Positions 1 to 7,988 of a stretch of 32,000 nt of DNA are shown here, in pieces. The DNA lies in the NCBI GenBank assembly GCA_001430755.1, contig CP013062.1:720001-752000 (forward strand), read 5' to 3'. The position numbers and the translations under genes are program-made. The notes under the pieces were generated by a model that was not told where the DNA came from, searched no databases, and saw nothing but the letters and a program-made list of their open reading frames with translations. Origin of the DNA: Candidatus Peribacter riflensis (GTDB lineage Bacteria; Patescibacteriota; Gracilibacteria; Peribacterales; Peribacteraceae). Each line of letters begins with the position of its first letter. The first letter of the stretch is position 1.

Positions 1-1765
1 TCTGGAACTCGTCGACGTAGAAGTAGAAATCCGGACGATGTTCCTCCTCCACGTTCGCCCTGCTCATGGCGGCCTGATACATCTTGGTGATGATCATGGA
101 ACCGATGAGCGAGGAATTCTCTTCGCCCAGAAGCCCCTTCGAGACCTTCATGAGCAGAATTTTCTTGTTATCCATGACATCGCGGATATCGAATTGGGCC
201 GTGGGCTGGCCGATGATATTGCGGATCATGTTCGTGGCCACGAACTGGCCCACCTTGTTGAGGAGGGGCGTGATGGCTTCGGAATCGAACTTCTCGCTCC
301 ACGCGGCGAATTCCGAAACCCAGAAGCTCTTCACCACGTTATCCTGGATGCGCGCCACGATCTTCTGGCGGTAGTTCTTGTCATTGAGCATCTTGAGGAT
401 CGAGAGCACCGTGGTATTGGGACTATCGAGGAGCGCCAGCGTGGTGTAGCGGAGCACGTGCTCCAGACGGTAGGTCCAGTTGTCGCCGAAGAGCTTTTTG
501 AAGATGTCGAGGAACCCGATGGTGAGCTGCATCTTGTAGGCCTCATCCACCTTCGCGAGCGGATTGAAGGCGATGGGGAACTCGGTATCACCCGGGTCGA
601 AGAGGATCACATCCTCAATGCGGCTCTTGGGCACGTGCTTGAGCACGCAGTCGACTAGATCGCCGTGCGGATCGAGCACTGCCACTCCCCTGCCGCGCTC
701 CAGATCCTCCTTGATGAGGAGCTCGAGGAGCTTTGATTTGCCCACACCGGATTTGCCGACCACGTACAGATGACGCCGGCGGTCTTCGAGGCGCACGCCG
801 AATTTCACGAAGTTGTTGTGATAGTTCGTGATGCCGAAGGTGCTCACATCCTTCTCGCCGGACCGGGGCAGATCCTGCGGCGGATCCGATTTGCGCGCGA
901 GCACGTGGACGATGTGATGCACATAATCCGCATTCGGCAGATGGAAGAGCGTGGCGACCTCCGCAGCGCTCAGGATGTAGGCGGTTGCATGCTGTCGTTC
1001 GCGGTACCGACGAAGAAACGATGCCACATTGATGTCTTTGGAGGAGACAAACCCGTTGATGTCCGAATCATTGAAGTGATAGAAGCTGTTCTTCACTGCT
1101 TCGAGCTTGCGACTGGCCTCCTCCTCGCTCTTACTCAAGTACGCGCAGCGGATGGATACACGAAAAGGCTTCGTCTGCTCCTTCTGCTTGGCCGCCTCAT
1201 AGCGAACGGACTGAATACCTTTGCGACCCTCCTTGCGCAACCGATCGCGCACGGAGAAGTACTTCTTCAGGTTCGCGAACTTGAACCGCCAGCTCCGACG
1301 GAAGTGGTAGAGAGCATCGTCGGCATGCGGCTCCACGACGATCTGTACCCAGACCTGCTCGCCGCTGTCGATCTTCGAGAGCACTGAGAAGAGGCGTGAC
1401 ATCGAGTCCTCCTCGAACTTGTCATACATCTTGATCGGGTACACATCTCTCTCTTTGAGTGTGAGCTCACACCCGGCAAGGTGATGCTTCTCTGGATGCA
1501 GCATCTCCGTGTAATCCTTGGTCTCGCGGATCTCGGCATCGGGGAACGAAGCGTAGATGAGACCCTCGATCGTCTCTTTGTACTTCTCACCCATGACCAC
1601 GTAGAAGTACGTGTACTGCTCGTAGCCGAAGTACTCGAACGAGAAGCGCTCCTCGGTGACGGTGTTGCGCAAACTGACGAGCAGATCCTGGAATTTGGAT
1701 TCCAGTTTCCTGTTCTCCTTCTTCCCCTGGGGGACCACGATGTGGAGGTAGCGGAGATTGGCCAT
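1..1765 (-). CDS. VirD4/TraD/TraG-family (T4SS coupling-protein-like) P-loop ATPase; 3' end runs off the window
   Basis: Missing from the ORF track because it is open at the window edge. My translation from ATG at 1765..1763 (MANLRYLHIVVPQGKK...) stays open down to nt 1. Walker A GKSGVGKS sits in RRRHLYVVGKSGVGKSKLLELLI...AVLDPHGDL (about nt 735-760). A Walker-B-like FYFYVDEFQ lies at nt 1-28. Plus-strand ORFs 38..658 and 770..1387 are its antisense shadows. Confidence 0.8.
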   Translation of the reverse strand, partial: MANLRYLHIVVPQGKKENRKLESKFQDLLVSLRNTVTEERFSFEYFGYEQYTYFYVVMGEKYKETIEGLIYASFPDAEIRETKDYTEMLHPEKHHLAGCELTLKERDVYPIKMYDKFEEDSMSRLFSVLSKIDSGEQVWVQIVVEPHADDALYHFRRSWRFKFANLKKYFSVRDRLRKEGRKGIQSVRYEAAKQKEQTKPFRVSIRCAYLSKSEEEASRKLEAVKNSFYHFNDSDINGFVSSKDINVASFLRRYRERQHATAYILSAAEVATLFHLPNADYVHHIVHVLARKSDPPQDLPRSGEKDVSTFGITNYHNNFVKFGVRLEDRRRHLYVVGKSGVGKSKLLELLIKEDLERGRGVAVLDPHGDLVDCVLKHVPKSRIEDVILFDPGDTEFPIAFNPLAKVDEAYKMQLTIGFLDIFKKLFGDNWTYRLEHVLRYTTLALLDSPNTTVLSILKMLNDKNYRQKIVARIQDNVVKSFWVSEFAAWSEKFDSEAITPLLNKVGQFVATNMIRNIIGQPTAQFDIRDVMDNKKILLMKVSKGLLGEENSSLIGSMIITKMYQAAMSRANVEEEHRPDFYFYVDEFQ

Positions 1766-1817
1766 TTAAGCCATATTCTTCAGTATTTTGGCTCTTTTGT
1801 AAATAGTTTTCACAGCT

Positions 1818-3512
1818 TCAGTAGACCTCTTTTAAGTAGCAATTTTCGCAATAAACCTTCTCCGGTTTGTCTGGCGGGTAGGTCGTCTCAATGGGTTTCT
1901 GGCACTTCATGCATTCCCGCTTCCAGAGCTTGCGGGGATTTCTGAGTGCAAGACGACGGTCGTAGCGCTCGTCGGGATGGAGCCGCGGCAGCGGAAGTTT
2001 CTGTCTCCGGTAGAAATCCAGCTCCTGTTTGAGAATCCGGAAAGGACGATGGGTGACGGGGCAGACAATCGCCCAGTTGATGACATCATCGGGAATGTCG
2101 TCTATGGAATCGGGCAGGCTGCCCGCGGGGATCGTTTTCTTCACTTCAGGATTCTTCTCCACGATCTTCCTCCAGTGGAAACCCCGCTCCTTCGCCTCGC
2201 GCTCGGTGAGCGGCATGTACTCGTGTGCCAGCGATTCGTTGTACCCGAATGGTGAGTATTGCGGCGGAAAGTAGAGTCCCCATTCCCCTCCCTTCTGCAT
2301 GTGTTCAATGATTTTTGGAACAAGCTGCTCGTACTCCTCTTTCGCATACTGCTTGTTGAAGATGCAGTACTGCTTGCGCTGCAGCCCCACGCACCCGAAA
2401 CAATCCTTGCAGTGGAAGCAGTACTCGCAGTAGAGCAGATTTTGGCTGTGGAAGACGAAAAGGCAGTAGGCCGTATTGTACGTCTCGATCGTTCCGAGGG
2501 TCTCGTACGCAAGCTCCGGCTTGATGTACATGTTCGAGCAGTCGTAATTATCCTTCACCTGCACTCCCACCGTCACGTACCGGCTGTCCTGGCTCTCATT
2601 CACGTCGTAGCAATCCTGGCAATGTTTGGAATTCTCGATGAAATCGCCCGTGCAGTGCTCGCTGTTCACGATGTTGGCATACCGATGGACCATCTTTTGC
2701 GCCATCTCCATCCACTGTTTCCGCATTGCCTCCATCTTTGCGAACGATCCATGCAACTCCCGGATTTTTCTCTCGTATTCTTCCTTGGAGAGCGGCTCAT
2801 TGAGAAAGTGATACTGCTTCTGGCGGAGATTGGAACAGAGGCAACAATTGCTGCATCCGCTCAAATTTGAGGAAAAGAAACAGTCGCTGCAATTCGTGGA
2901 GAAGGAAACGAAGGAGCAGTTGTAGGACTTGAAGACGCTGAAGCACTCGTAGCAGAGTTCGGAATTATACAAATAGGAACAGTCCACGCTGCTCTTACAG
3001 CTCTGCAGGAGTTTTCCGTAGTAGCAATCCTCGCAGTACTCCGAGGAATTGATGAGATAGCAGTTCCTGCAGTAGCCCGTGCCGGCGGTGTAATCGCAAT
3101 TTTCGTTCCCGATGACCATCGAGCCGAGGCGCGGAACAGCTTTGTGCAACTCGCCAAATTGCACGAAGAACGGACGGGAAAAATCAAAAGGACGACCGTG
3201 CTCCATAAAATCCCTGCCTTCAGCATTCCACTCCTCGTGCGTGTACACGGCATCCGGCGGCCCCCAAAGAGGCTCCTGATGATAGATGGAGACCATGTCC
3301 TTGCCCGTCAGGGTCGCCGTCCTGCGGTAGAAATTGCGCTCGTTCCTGTGGCACGTGCGGATCTTGAGACGGCAATCGGGGCAGTAGACGGGGAGCGGAG
3401 GATGGACCTTCGTTGCACCGAATGTGAATGTCATCTTGCACAGAAACTCCTCCTCATCGGGATGAACCGTGAAGGGTTGCTTGCACCAGGGATTGCGGCA
3501 TAGCTGTTGCAT
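1818..3512 (-). CDS. Cysteine-rich zinc-ribbon ladder protein, paralog 1 of 7 (no recognised family)
   Basis: 564-aa ORF with an ATG start (MQQLCRNPWCKQPF). It has an N-terminal CxxC...CPDC ribbon and two Cys ladders capped by CLCSNLRQKQYHFLNEPLSKEEY and CFGCVGLQRKQYCIFNKQYAKEEY. The C-terminus reads CMKC...YCENCYLKEVY. My hand count gives about 38 Cys. Homologous end to end with six other ORFs here. Confidence 0.92.
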   Translation of the reverse strand: MQQLCRNPWCKQPFTVHPDEEEFLCKMTFTFGATKVHPPLPVYCPDCRLKIRTCHRNERNFYRRTATLTGKDMVSIYHQEPLWGPPDAVYTHEEWNAEGRDFMEHGRPFDFSRPFFVQFGELHKAVPRLGSMVIGNENCDYTAGTGYCRNCYLINSSEYCEDCYYGKLLQSCKSSVDCSYLYNSELCYECFSVFKSYNCSFVSFSTNCSDCFFSSNLSGCSNCCLCSNLRQKQYHFLNEPLSKEEYERKIRELHGSFAKMEAMRKQWMEMAQKMVHRYANIVNSEHCTGDFIENSKHCQDCYDVNESQDSRYVTVGVQVKDNYDCSNMYIKPELAYETLGTIETYNTAYCLFVFHSQNLLYCEYCFHCKDCFGCVGLQRKQYCIFNKQYAKEEYEQLVPKIIEHMQKGGEWGLYFPPQYSPFGYNESLAHEYMPLTEREAKERGFHWRKIVEKNPEVKKTIPAGSLPDSIDDIPDDVINWAIVCPVTHRPFRILKQELDFYRRQKLPLPRLHPDERYDRRLALRNPRKLWKRECMKCQKPIETTYPPDKPEKVYCENCYLKEVY

Positions 3513-3532
3513 AGAATGCTAGTGTAGTTAAT

Positions 3533-3593
3533 TTTGTCATGGTGAGCACTGCCTGCCCGGCCGAGCCGTTCGGACGGGTCGAACCATGACAAA
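3533..3593. repeat. Intergenic hairpin module between paralogs 2 and 1
   Basis: A perfect 10-bp inverted repeat, tttgtcatgg (3533-3542) / ccatgacaaa (3584-3593), encloses a GC-rich self-pairing 41-nt core. It shares the blocks ttgtcatggtgagc, gtcgaacca and atgacaaac in the same order with 7915-7985. Confidence 0.7.
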
Positions 3594-3597
3594 CATA

Positions 3598-5247
3598 CTA
3601 ATAGACCTCTTTTAAGTAACACTCCTCGCAGTACACGATCTCCGGCCGCTCGGGCGCATACGTTGTTTCCATGGGTTTCTGGCATTTCATGCAATTGCGG
3701 CTCCAGAGACGGCGCGGATTGCGGCGCCAAATCCGCTCCAGATGGCGCTCGTCGAAGCACGCGCGGGGCAGCGGCAGGTGATGCTGACGGTAGAGAGCGA
3801 GCTCCTGCGGGATGATCTTGTAGGGCTTACCTGTGCGCTCGCAGGTGAGGATCTGCTCCGTGATGTCATCGGGAACGTCTTGGATATCAACAGGAAGAGA
3901 GAGGCGCGGCCCCTGGTAAGCGGATGTCTGGCTCTCGGTGTCCTCGCGCCACTTCCAGCCACGCTTGGCCGTATCATTCTTCGTGAGCGGAAAGTACTCC
4001 TGTGCCACGGTCTCGTTGTAGCCGAAAGGCGAGAGTTCCGCCGGAAGCGGCTGGCCCCACTCCCCTGTTTTCTTCATGTGCTCCACGATCTTCGCCTTCA
4101 GGCGCACGTACTCCTCTTCGGAGTACTGCTTGTTGAAGATGCAGAAGCGCTTCTTTTTCAGCCCCGAGCAGGCGAAGCAGTCCTCGCAGTACTGGCAGTG
4201 ATCCAGATATTGTGAATTCTTGGAGTAGAAGCTCACGAAGGTGAACTGGGTGTTATACTGGTTGATCGTAGAGATGGTCCCGTACGTCAGTTCGCAGCGA
4301 TCCACGACCACGTGACCGTCATAACAATCCTTCGACTTGAAGCTGAAGATCAGGTAGCCGCAATCCTCCAGATCCGCGCTGTCGTAGCACTCCACACAGT
4401 TCCTGCAGTGCACGATGTGGTCGCCCGTCACGTTCTCATTGCCGTTGCCGTCGATATACTGGTGGATCTGCTGCTTTCCGGCCTTCTTAAGAAAGACATC
4501 GCGGGCCGACGAGAGCGTGCGCATATTGCCCGTGTTGAGCTCACTGAGCTTCTTTGCGTACTCCTCTTTGGAATGCTGCTCATTGAAGATGCAATACTGC
4601 TTGTTCCGGAGCCCGAAACAACCGAAACAGTTGTGGCAACCCTTGCAGTCACTGAGGAAGAAGCTGTCACGGCAATTGTGCGACTTCTCGGAGTGGGCGA
4701 GGTTGTAGGACTCCGAGCAATCCACACACTCGATGCAGAGCTCGCACTTGAAGCAGTTCAGGCACTCGATGCAGCTTAAGCAACTGTCGATGCCATAGGA
4801 GTACAGGCAGTCCTCGTCGTGGTCCGAGACGAAGATCATGTGACAGTTCTTGTCCTGCTGCGCACCGTTCGTGTAATCACTGTTCACATTGTTGGAGGTA
4901 AAGACCGAGATCTTCGGCGTGACCTTCATGAGGGCATCGAACTGGGGGGAAAAAGGCCGGTTGAAATCGAAGTCACGACCATGTTCCATGGCATCCCATT
5001 TGTCGGTGTACCACTCGTGCTGATCGTAAACTTTGTAGGGACTGTCCGGCGCATAGACTGAAATGATCTGCTTGCCCGTGAGGTCGCACTTGCGGTGATA
5101 GAGTCGACGCTCGTTGCGCCACGCAAAACGCTCTTGGCGCCGGCACGTGGGGCAGAGAGTCGGATCAGGCAGTGAAACCTTCGTGAGGAATGAATGCTCC
5201 TGCGGCAAGACGGTGAAGGCCGATCGGCAGCGACGGCAGGTGCTCAT
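3598..5247 (-). CDS. Cysteine-rich zinc-ribbon ladder protein, paralog 2 of 7
   Basis: 549-aa ORF with an ATG start (MSTCRRCRSAF). Caps are CFGCFGLRNKQYCIFNEQHSKEEY and CFACSGLKKKRFCIFNKQYSEEEY. The C-terminus is CMKCQKPMETTYAPERPEIVYCEECYLKEVY. Confidence 0.92.
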   Translation of the reverse strand: MSTCRRCRSAFTVLPQEHSFLTKVSLPDPTLCPTCRRQERFAWRNERRLYHRKCDLTGKQIISVYAPDSPYKVYDQHEWYTDKWDAMEHGRDFDFNRPFSPQFDALMKVTPKISVFTSNNVNSDYTNGAQQDKNCHMIFVSDHDEDCLYSYGIDSCLSCIECLNCFKCELCIECVDCSESYNLAHSEKSHNCRDSFFLSDCKGCHNCFGCFGLRNKQYCIFNEQHSKEEYAKKLSELNTGNMRTLSSARDVFLKKAGKQQIHQYIDGNGNENVTGDHIVHCRNCVECYDSADLEDCGYLIFSFKSKDCYDGHVVVDRCELTYGTISTINQYNTQFTFVSFYSKNSQYLDHCQYCEDCFACSGLKKKRFCIFNKQYSEEEYVRLKAKIVEHMKKTGEWGQPLPAELSPFGYNETVAQEYFPLTKNDTAKRGWKWREDTESQTSAYQGPRLSLPVDIQDVPDDITEQILTCERTGKPYKIIPQELALYRQHHLPLPRACFDERHLERIWRRNPRRLWSRNCMKCQKPMETTYAPERPEIVYCEECYLKEVY

Positions 5248-5280
5248 ACGTGAGTAGAATTATTGAAAAAATGTGTACTG

Positions 5281-5309
5281 ATATTAAATATCACCTGTTA
5301 TTCAGTCAA
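5281..5309 (-). promoter_or_regulatory. Sigma70-like promoter for the paralog 2 / paralog 1 (and possibly ATPase) transcription unit
   Basis: The minus strand reads TTGACT (5309-5304), a 17-nt spacer, then TAATAT (5286-5281). It lies about 34 nt upstream of the ATG at 5247, inside a 156-bp AT-rich divergent intergenic region. Confidence 0.5.
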
Positions 5310-5347
5310 TACAATGAATTGCATAATGACGATATTTATATCTATAT

Positions 5348-5375
5348 TTGATTTATTGGCTCTTTCTCGTATATA
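5348..5375 (+). promoter_or_regulatory. Candidate promoter for the divergent TrmB-like regulator
   Basis: TTGATT (5348-5353), a 16-nt spacer, then TATATA (5370-5375). The ATG is at 5404. Confidence 0.35.
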
Positions 5376-5387
5376 CTATCTGTAGTA
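5374..5387. promoter_or_regulatory. Palindrome TACTA-N4-TAGTA, a candidate operator
   Basis: tacta (5374-5378), tctg, tagta (5383-5387) form a perfect inverted repeat between the candidate -10 and the regulator ATG. Confidence 0.3.
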
Positions 5388-5403
5388 ATATAATTACAAC
5401 AAG

Positions 5404-6165
5404 ATGGTCATCGCAGAACTTCAGGCACTCGGCTTACAACTGGAAGAAGCGAAGGTCTACTACGCGCTCCTGCAGCTCGGTGGTTCCTATGTGAGCGCGA
5501 TTGCGCGCAAGGCAGGCGTGCACCGCGTCGTCTGCTACAAGATTCTGGATGAGCTGGTTGCGAAAGGTTTGGTGAGTTCATTTCTGAAAAACGGGATCCG
5601 ACACTTCGCCATCGAGAGCCCTCTGATCCTCGTCCGCAAAGAGCAAGAGAAGCTCGAACGCGCCGAGAAGCTTCTGCCTGAACTGCTCTCAATCACCAAC
5701 GCACTCGCCTATAAGCCAAAGATCCAGTACTACGAGGGGCTGGAAGGCATGAAGAACATCTTCGAGGAAACACTCACGGCCAAGGGCGAATTACTCGGCT
5801 ACACGAATCTGGAAGACATCCCCAAAGTCATGCCAGAGGACTTTCTGCGTGACTATGCAAAGCGCAAAATCGCGAAAGGACTTAAGACGCGCATGCTCTC
5901 GCCCCATACGCCGCGGGCACTCAAGTATCTGGAAAAGTATTACCCGAGAGGATTTGATCCGAATCTGGTCGAAATCCTCTTCGTGAACCCGCGCGAATTC
6001 CACTTCGAGTACGAAATCACGATCTACGGCGAGAAGGTGGCGATCCTCTCGCTCAATCCGGAGGAACGCATGGGGCTGATCATCGAGAGTCCGATCTACG
6101 CGCGCACGCAGCGTGCGGTTTTTCAGTTGGCGTGGCTCGGAGCCACGAGCTTCGTGGCGAAGTAG
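5404..6165 (+). CDS. TrmB-family winged-helix transcriptional regulator (copy 1)
   Basis: 253 aa. The N-terminus LGLQLEEAKVYYALLQLGGSYVSAIARKAGVHRVVCYKILDELVAKGLV matches the TrmB wHTH pattern. The C-terminal domain is TrmB-like (YYEGLEGMKNIF...IYGEKVAILS). It is divergent from paralog 2 and convergent with paralog 3. Confidence 0.85.
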   Translation: MVIAELQALGLQLEEAKVYYALLQLGGSYVSAIARKAGVHRVVCYKILDELVAKGLVSSFLKNGIRHFAIESPLILVRKEQEKLERAEKLLPELLSITNALAYKPKIQYYEGLEGMKNIFEETLTAKGELLGYTNLEDIPKVMPEDFLRDYAKRKIAKGLKTRMLSPHTPRALKYLEKYYPRGFDPNLVEILFVNPREFHFEYEITIYGEKVAILSLNPEERMGLIIESPIYARTQRAVFQLAWLGATSFVAK

Positions 6166-6179
6166 CAGCAAGTTTTGGT

Positions 6180-6204
6180 AGCCGTGGTTCTTAGAACCCC
6201 GGCT
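6180..6204. terminator. Hairpin between convergent genes (possible bidirectional terminator)
   Basis: agccg-t-ggttc tta gaacc-c-cggct forms a 10-bp interrupted stem with a 3-nt loop. It sits between the stop of the regulator (6165) and the stop of paralog 3 (6212). Neither strand has a clear U-tract. Confidence 0.4.
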
Positions 6205-6211
6205 GCGGGAC

Positions 6212-7894
6212 TCAATAGATCTCTTTCAAATAGCACTCCTCACAGTACACGATTTCGGGCCGCTCGGGAGCATACGTCGTTTCCATAGGTTTCTGGCACT
6301 TCATGCACGGTCGTTCCCAGATTGTCCGCGGATTCTTGAGTGCCATGATCCTTCGATGCCGCTCGTCGGGATGGAAGTGGGGAATCGGGAGTTTCATCTT
6401 TCGATAGAGGTCCAGCTCCTGTCTGATGATCCTGAAGGGACGGCCGGTGGCGTCGCACTTGATGGCCCAGTTCACGATGTCGTCGGGAACTTCATCAATG
6501 GAATCCGGCAGTTTGGATGCGGGAATCACCTTCGCAACCTTCGGCATCTCGTCGTTCTCCTCGCGCCATCGCCATCCCCTCTTCTCCGCATCCTGCTTTG
6601 TGAGAGGGAAGAAATCCTGGGCGACGGATTCGTTGTAGGCATAGGGACTATTTTTTATGGGGAAGAATTCACCGTATTCACCATCGTGCTTCATCCGCTC
6701 AATGATCTTCGGCACCAGCAGCTCATATTCCTCCTTCGTGCACTGTTTGTTGAGAATGCAATACTGGCCGCGCGTGTGCAGTCCGTCGCATCCGAAACTG
6801 TCGGATTGGTAGAAGCAGGAGCTTAAGTAAAGGGAACGCGGGGAGGAGATGGTACAGTAGCAGAAACGCGTCAGATAGCTCTTTTCGCCGCCCGAAGACA
6901 TCTCGTAACAGAGCTCGATATCCTTGTCGTGCGAGGTCAAGTCCATGGAATCCTTTATGCCTTCGCACTCAAAGAGATATTTGGAGTCCTCAATGTTGAA
7001 ACAGTCGGAGCAGTGGATGGCATTGCGGCAATTGGCGAGGTACGCACCCGTGGATCCTTCGCAGTTGAGCTGGATTTGAGAGCGCTTGGGGACGGTCACG
7101 TCGAAGGCAGCAAACTCCTGCAGAAGATCATCCGGAGAAACAGACTGATAGCGCCGGAGGATCTCTTCGAACGCTTCTTTCGTCCTCTGCTCGTTCTTGA
7201 AACAGTACTGCCGGTTATGGATGCCGCTGCACATGAAGCAGTCTTTCACGCCCGAACAATCCCTCAGGTAACTACTGGAGGAACACTGGCGGCAATTCAC
7301 GAGGTGGTGCGCGCCGAAGCAGCCGTCGCAATTGGTACTATCCGCAGTCAGCTCGCAGCAGTTGAGTACATTGGAGTTGGCGCAATCTTTGCAGTACTGG
7401 CTCTTGCGGAGGTAGTAGCAGTCTTCGACGAAGTAGCTCCCCGGACACAGGTAGGCGTTCTTGCTGAAGGCAAGCAGAAGATTAAACTCGCAGTTTTCAT
7501 TGTTGAGTTGAAGAGCAGCGGCCTGCGGCACCCTGTGCTGCAGTTCCTCGAATTGAGCAAAGAAGGGACGGCTCAAGTCGAACTCCTGCCCGTACTGCAG
7601 AGGATCCCAGCGGTCTGACCACCAGCAATCCGTGCAATACACCGGAAAAGGAACATCGGGACCAAAAGAGGAAATGGTCATCTTCTGGCAGAGATCGCAC
7701 ACTCTCCGGTAGAGACAGTGTTCATTGCGGAAAGTCTGCCTGCGCTGCATCCGGCACTCCGGACACAGAGTCGGCGACGGAATCAGCTCCTTTTTGCCTG
7801 CATAGACCGGAGAAATCTCTTCGTAGAACTGGAGATCACTGTCGGTGATCTCGAAGGGCTGCTTGCACCACGTGTTTTTGCAGGTCTTCTGCAT
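6212..7894 (-). CDS. Cysteine-rich zinc-ribbon ladder protein, paralog 3 of 7
   Basis: The maximal ORF is 6212..7921 (569 aa, MTIVATLSLMQKTCKN...). I prefer the second Met at 7894 (MQKTCKNTWCKQPFEI). This aligns with the starts of paralogs 1 and 4. The 27 nt upstream are homologous to the out-of-frame 5' leader of paralog 1 (ccatgacaa...ctacact...ATGCA). Confidence 0.9.
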   Translation of the reverse strand: MQKTCKNTWCKQPFEITDSDLQFYEEISPVYAGKKELIPSPTLCPECRMQRRQTFRNEHCLYRRVCDLCQKMTISSFGPDVPFPVYCTDCWWSDRWDPLQYGQEFDLSRPFFAQFEELQHRVPQAAALQLNNENCEFNLLLAFSKNAYLCPGSYFVEDCYYLRKSQYCKDCANSNVLNCCELTADSTNCDGCFGAHHLVNCRQCSSSSYLRDCSGVKDCFMCSGIHNRQYCFKNEQRTKEAFEEILRRYQSVSPDDLLQEFAAFDVTVPKRSQIQLNCEGSTGAYLANCRNAIHCSDCFNIEDSKYLFECEGIKDSMDLTSHDKDIELCYEMSSGGEKSYLTRFCYCTISSPRSLYLSSCFYQSDSFGCDGLHTRGQYCILNKQCTKEEYELLVPKIIERMKHDGEYGEFFPIKNSPYAYNESVAQDFFPLTKQDAEKRGWRWREENDEMPKVAKVIPASKLPDSIDEVPDDIVNWAIKCDATGRPFRIIRQELDLYRKMKLPIPHFHPDERHRRIMALKNPRTIWERPCMKCQKPMETTYAPERPEIVYCEECYLKEIY

Positions 7895-7914
7895 CAACGA
7901 AAGTGTAGCAACAA

Positions 7915-7983
7915 TTGTCATGGTGAGCTCTGTCGAACCAGGACAATTCCAATGTCATCCTTCGACAGGGCTCAGGATGACAA
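7915..7983. repeat. Intergenic hairpin module between paralogs 4 and 3
   Basis: ttgtcatggtgagctctgtcgaa (7915-7937) pairs with ttcgacagggctcaggatgacaa (7961-7983) at 20 of 23 positions. An alternative perfect 7-bp hairpin is gtcatcc (7954-7960) / ggatgac (7975-7981). The module is homologous to 3533-3593. Confidence 0.65.
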
Positions 7984-7988
7984 ACGCG

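Noticed and set aside
38-1387. Plus-strand ORFs 38..658 (206 aa) and 770..1387 (205 aa)
   Set aside because: They lie antisense to the much longer minus-strand ATPase reading frame (1..1765), which carries Walker A/B motifs. Their products are Arg/Leu/His/Glu-rich shadow translations with no motif.
5289-5294. TATCAC hexamer as a Thermococcales-type TrmB (TGM, TATCAC-N5-GTGATA) operator
   Set aside because: The second half-site GTGATA is absent at the required spacing. A single hexamer in AT-rich DNA is not evidence.
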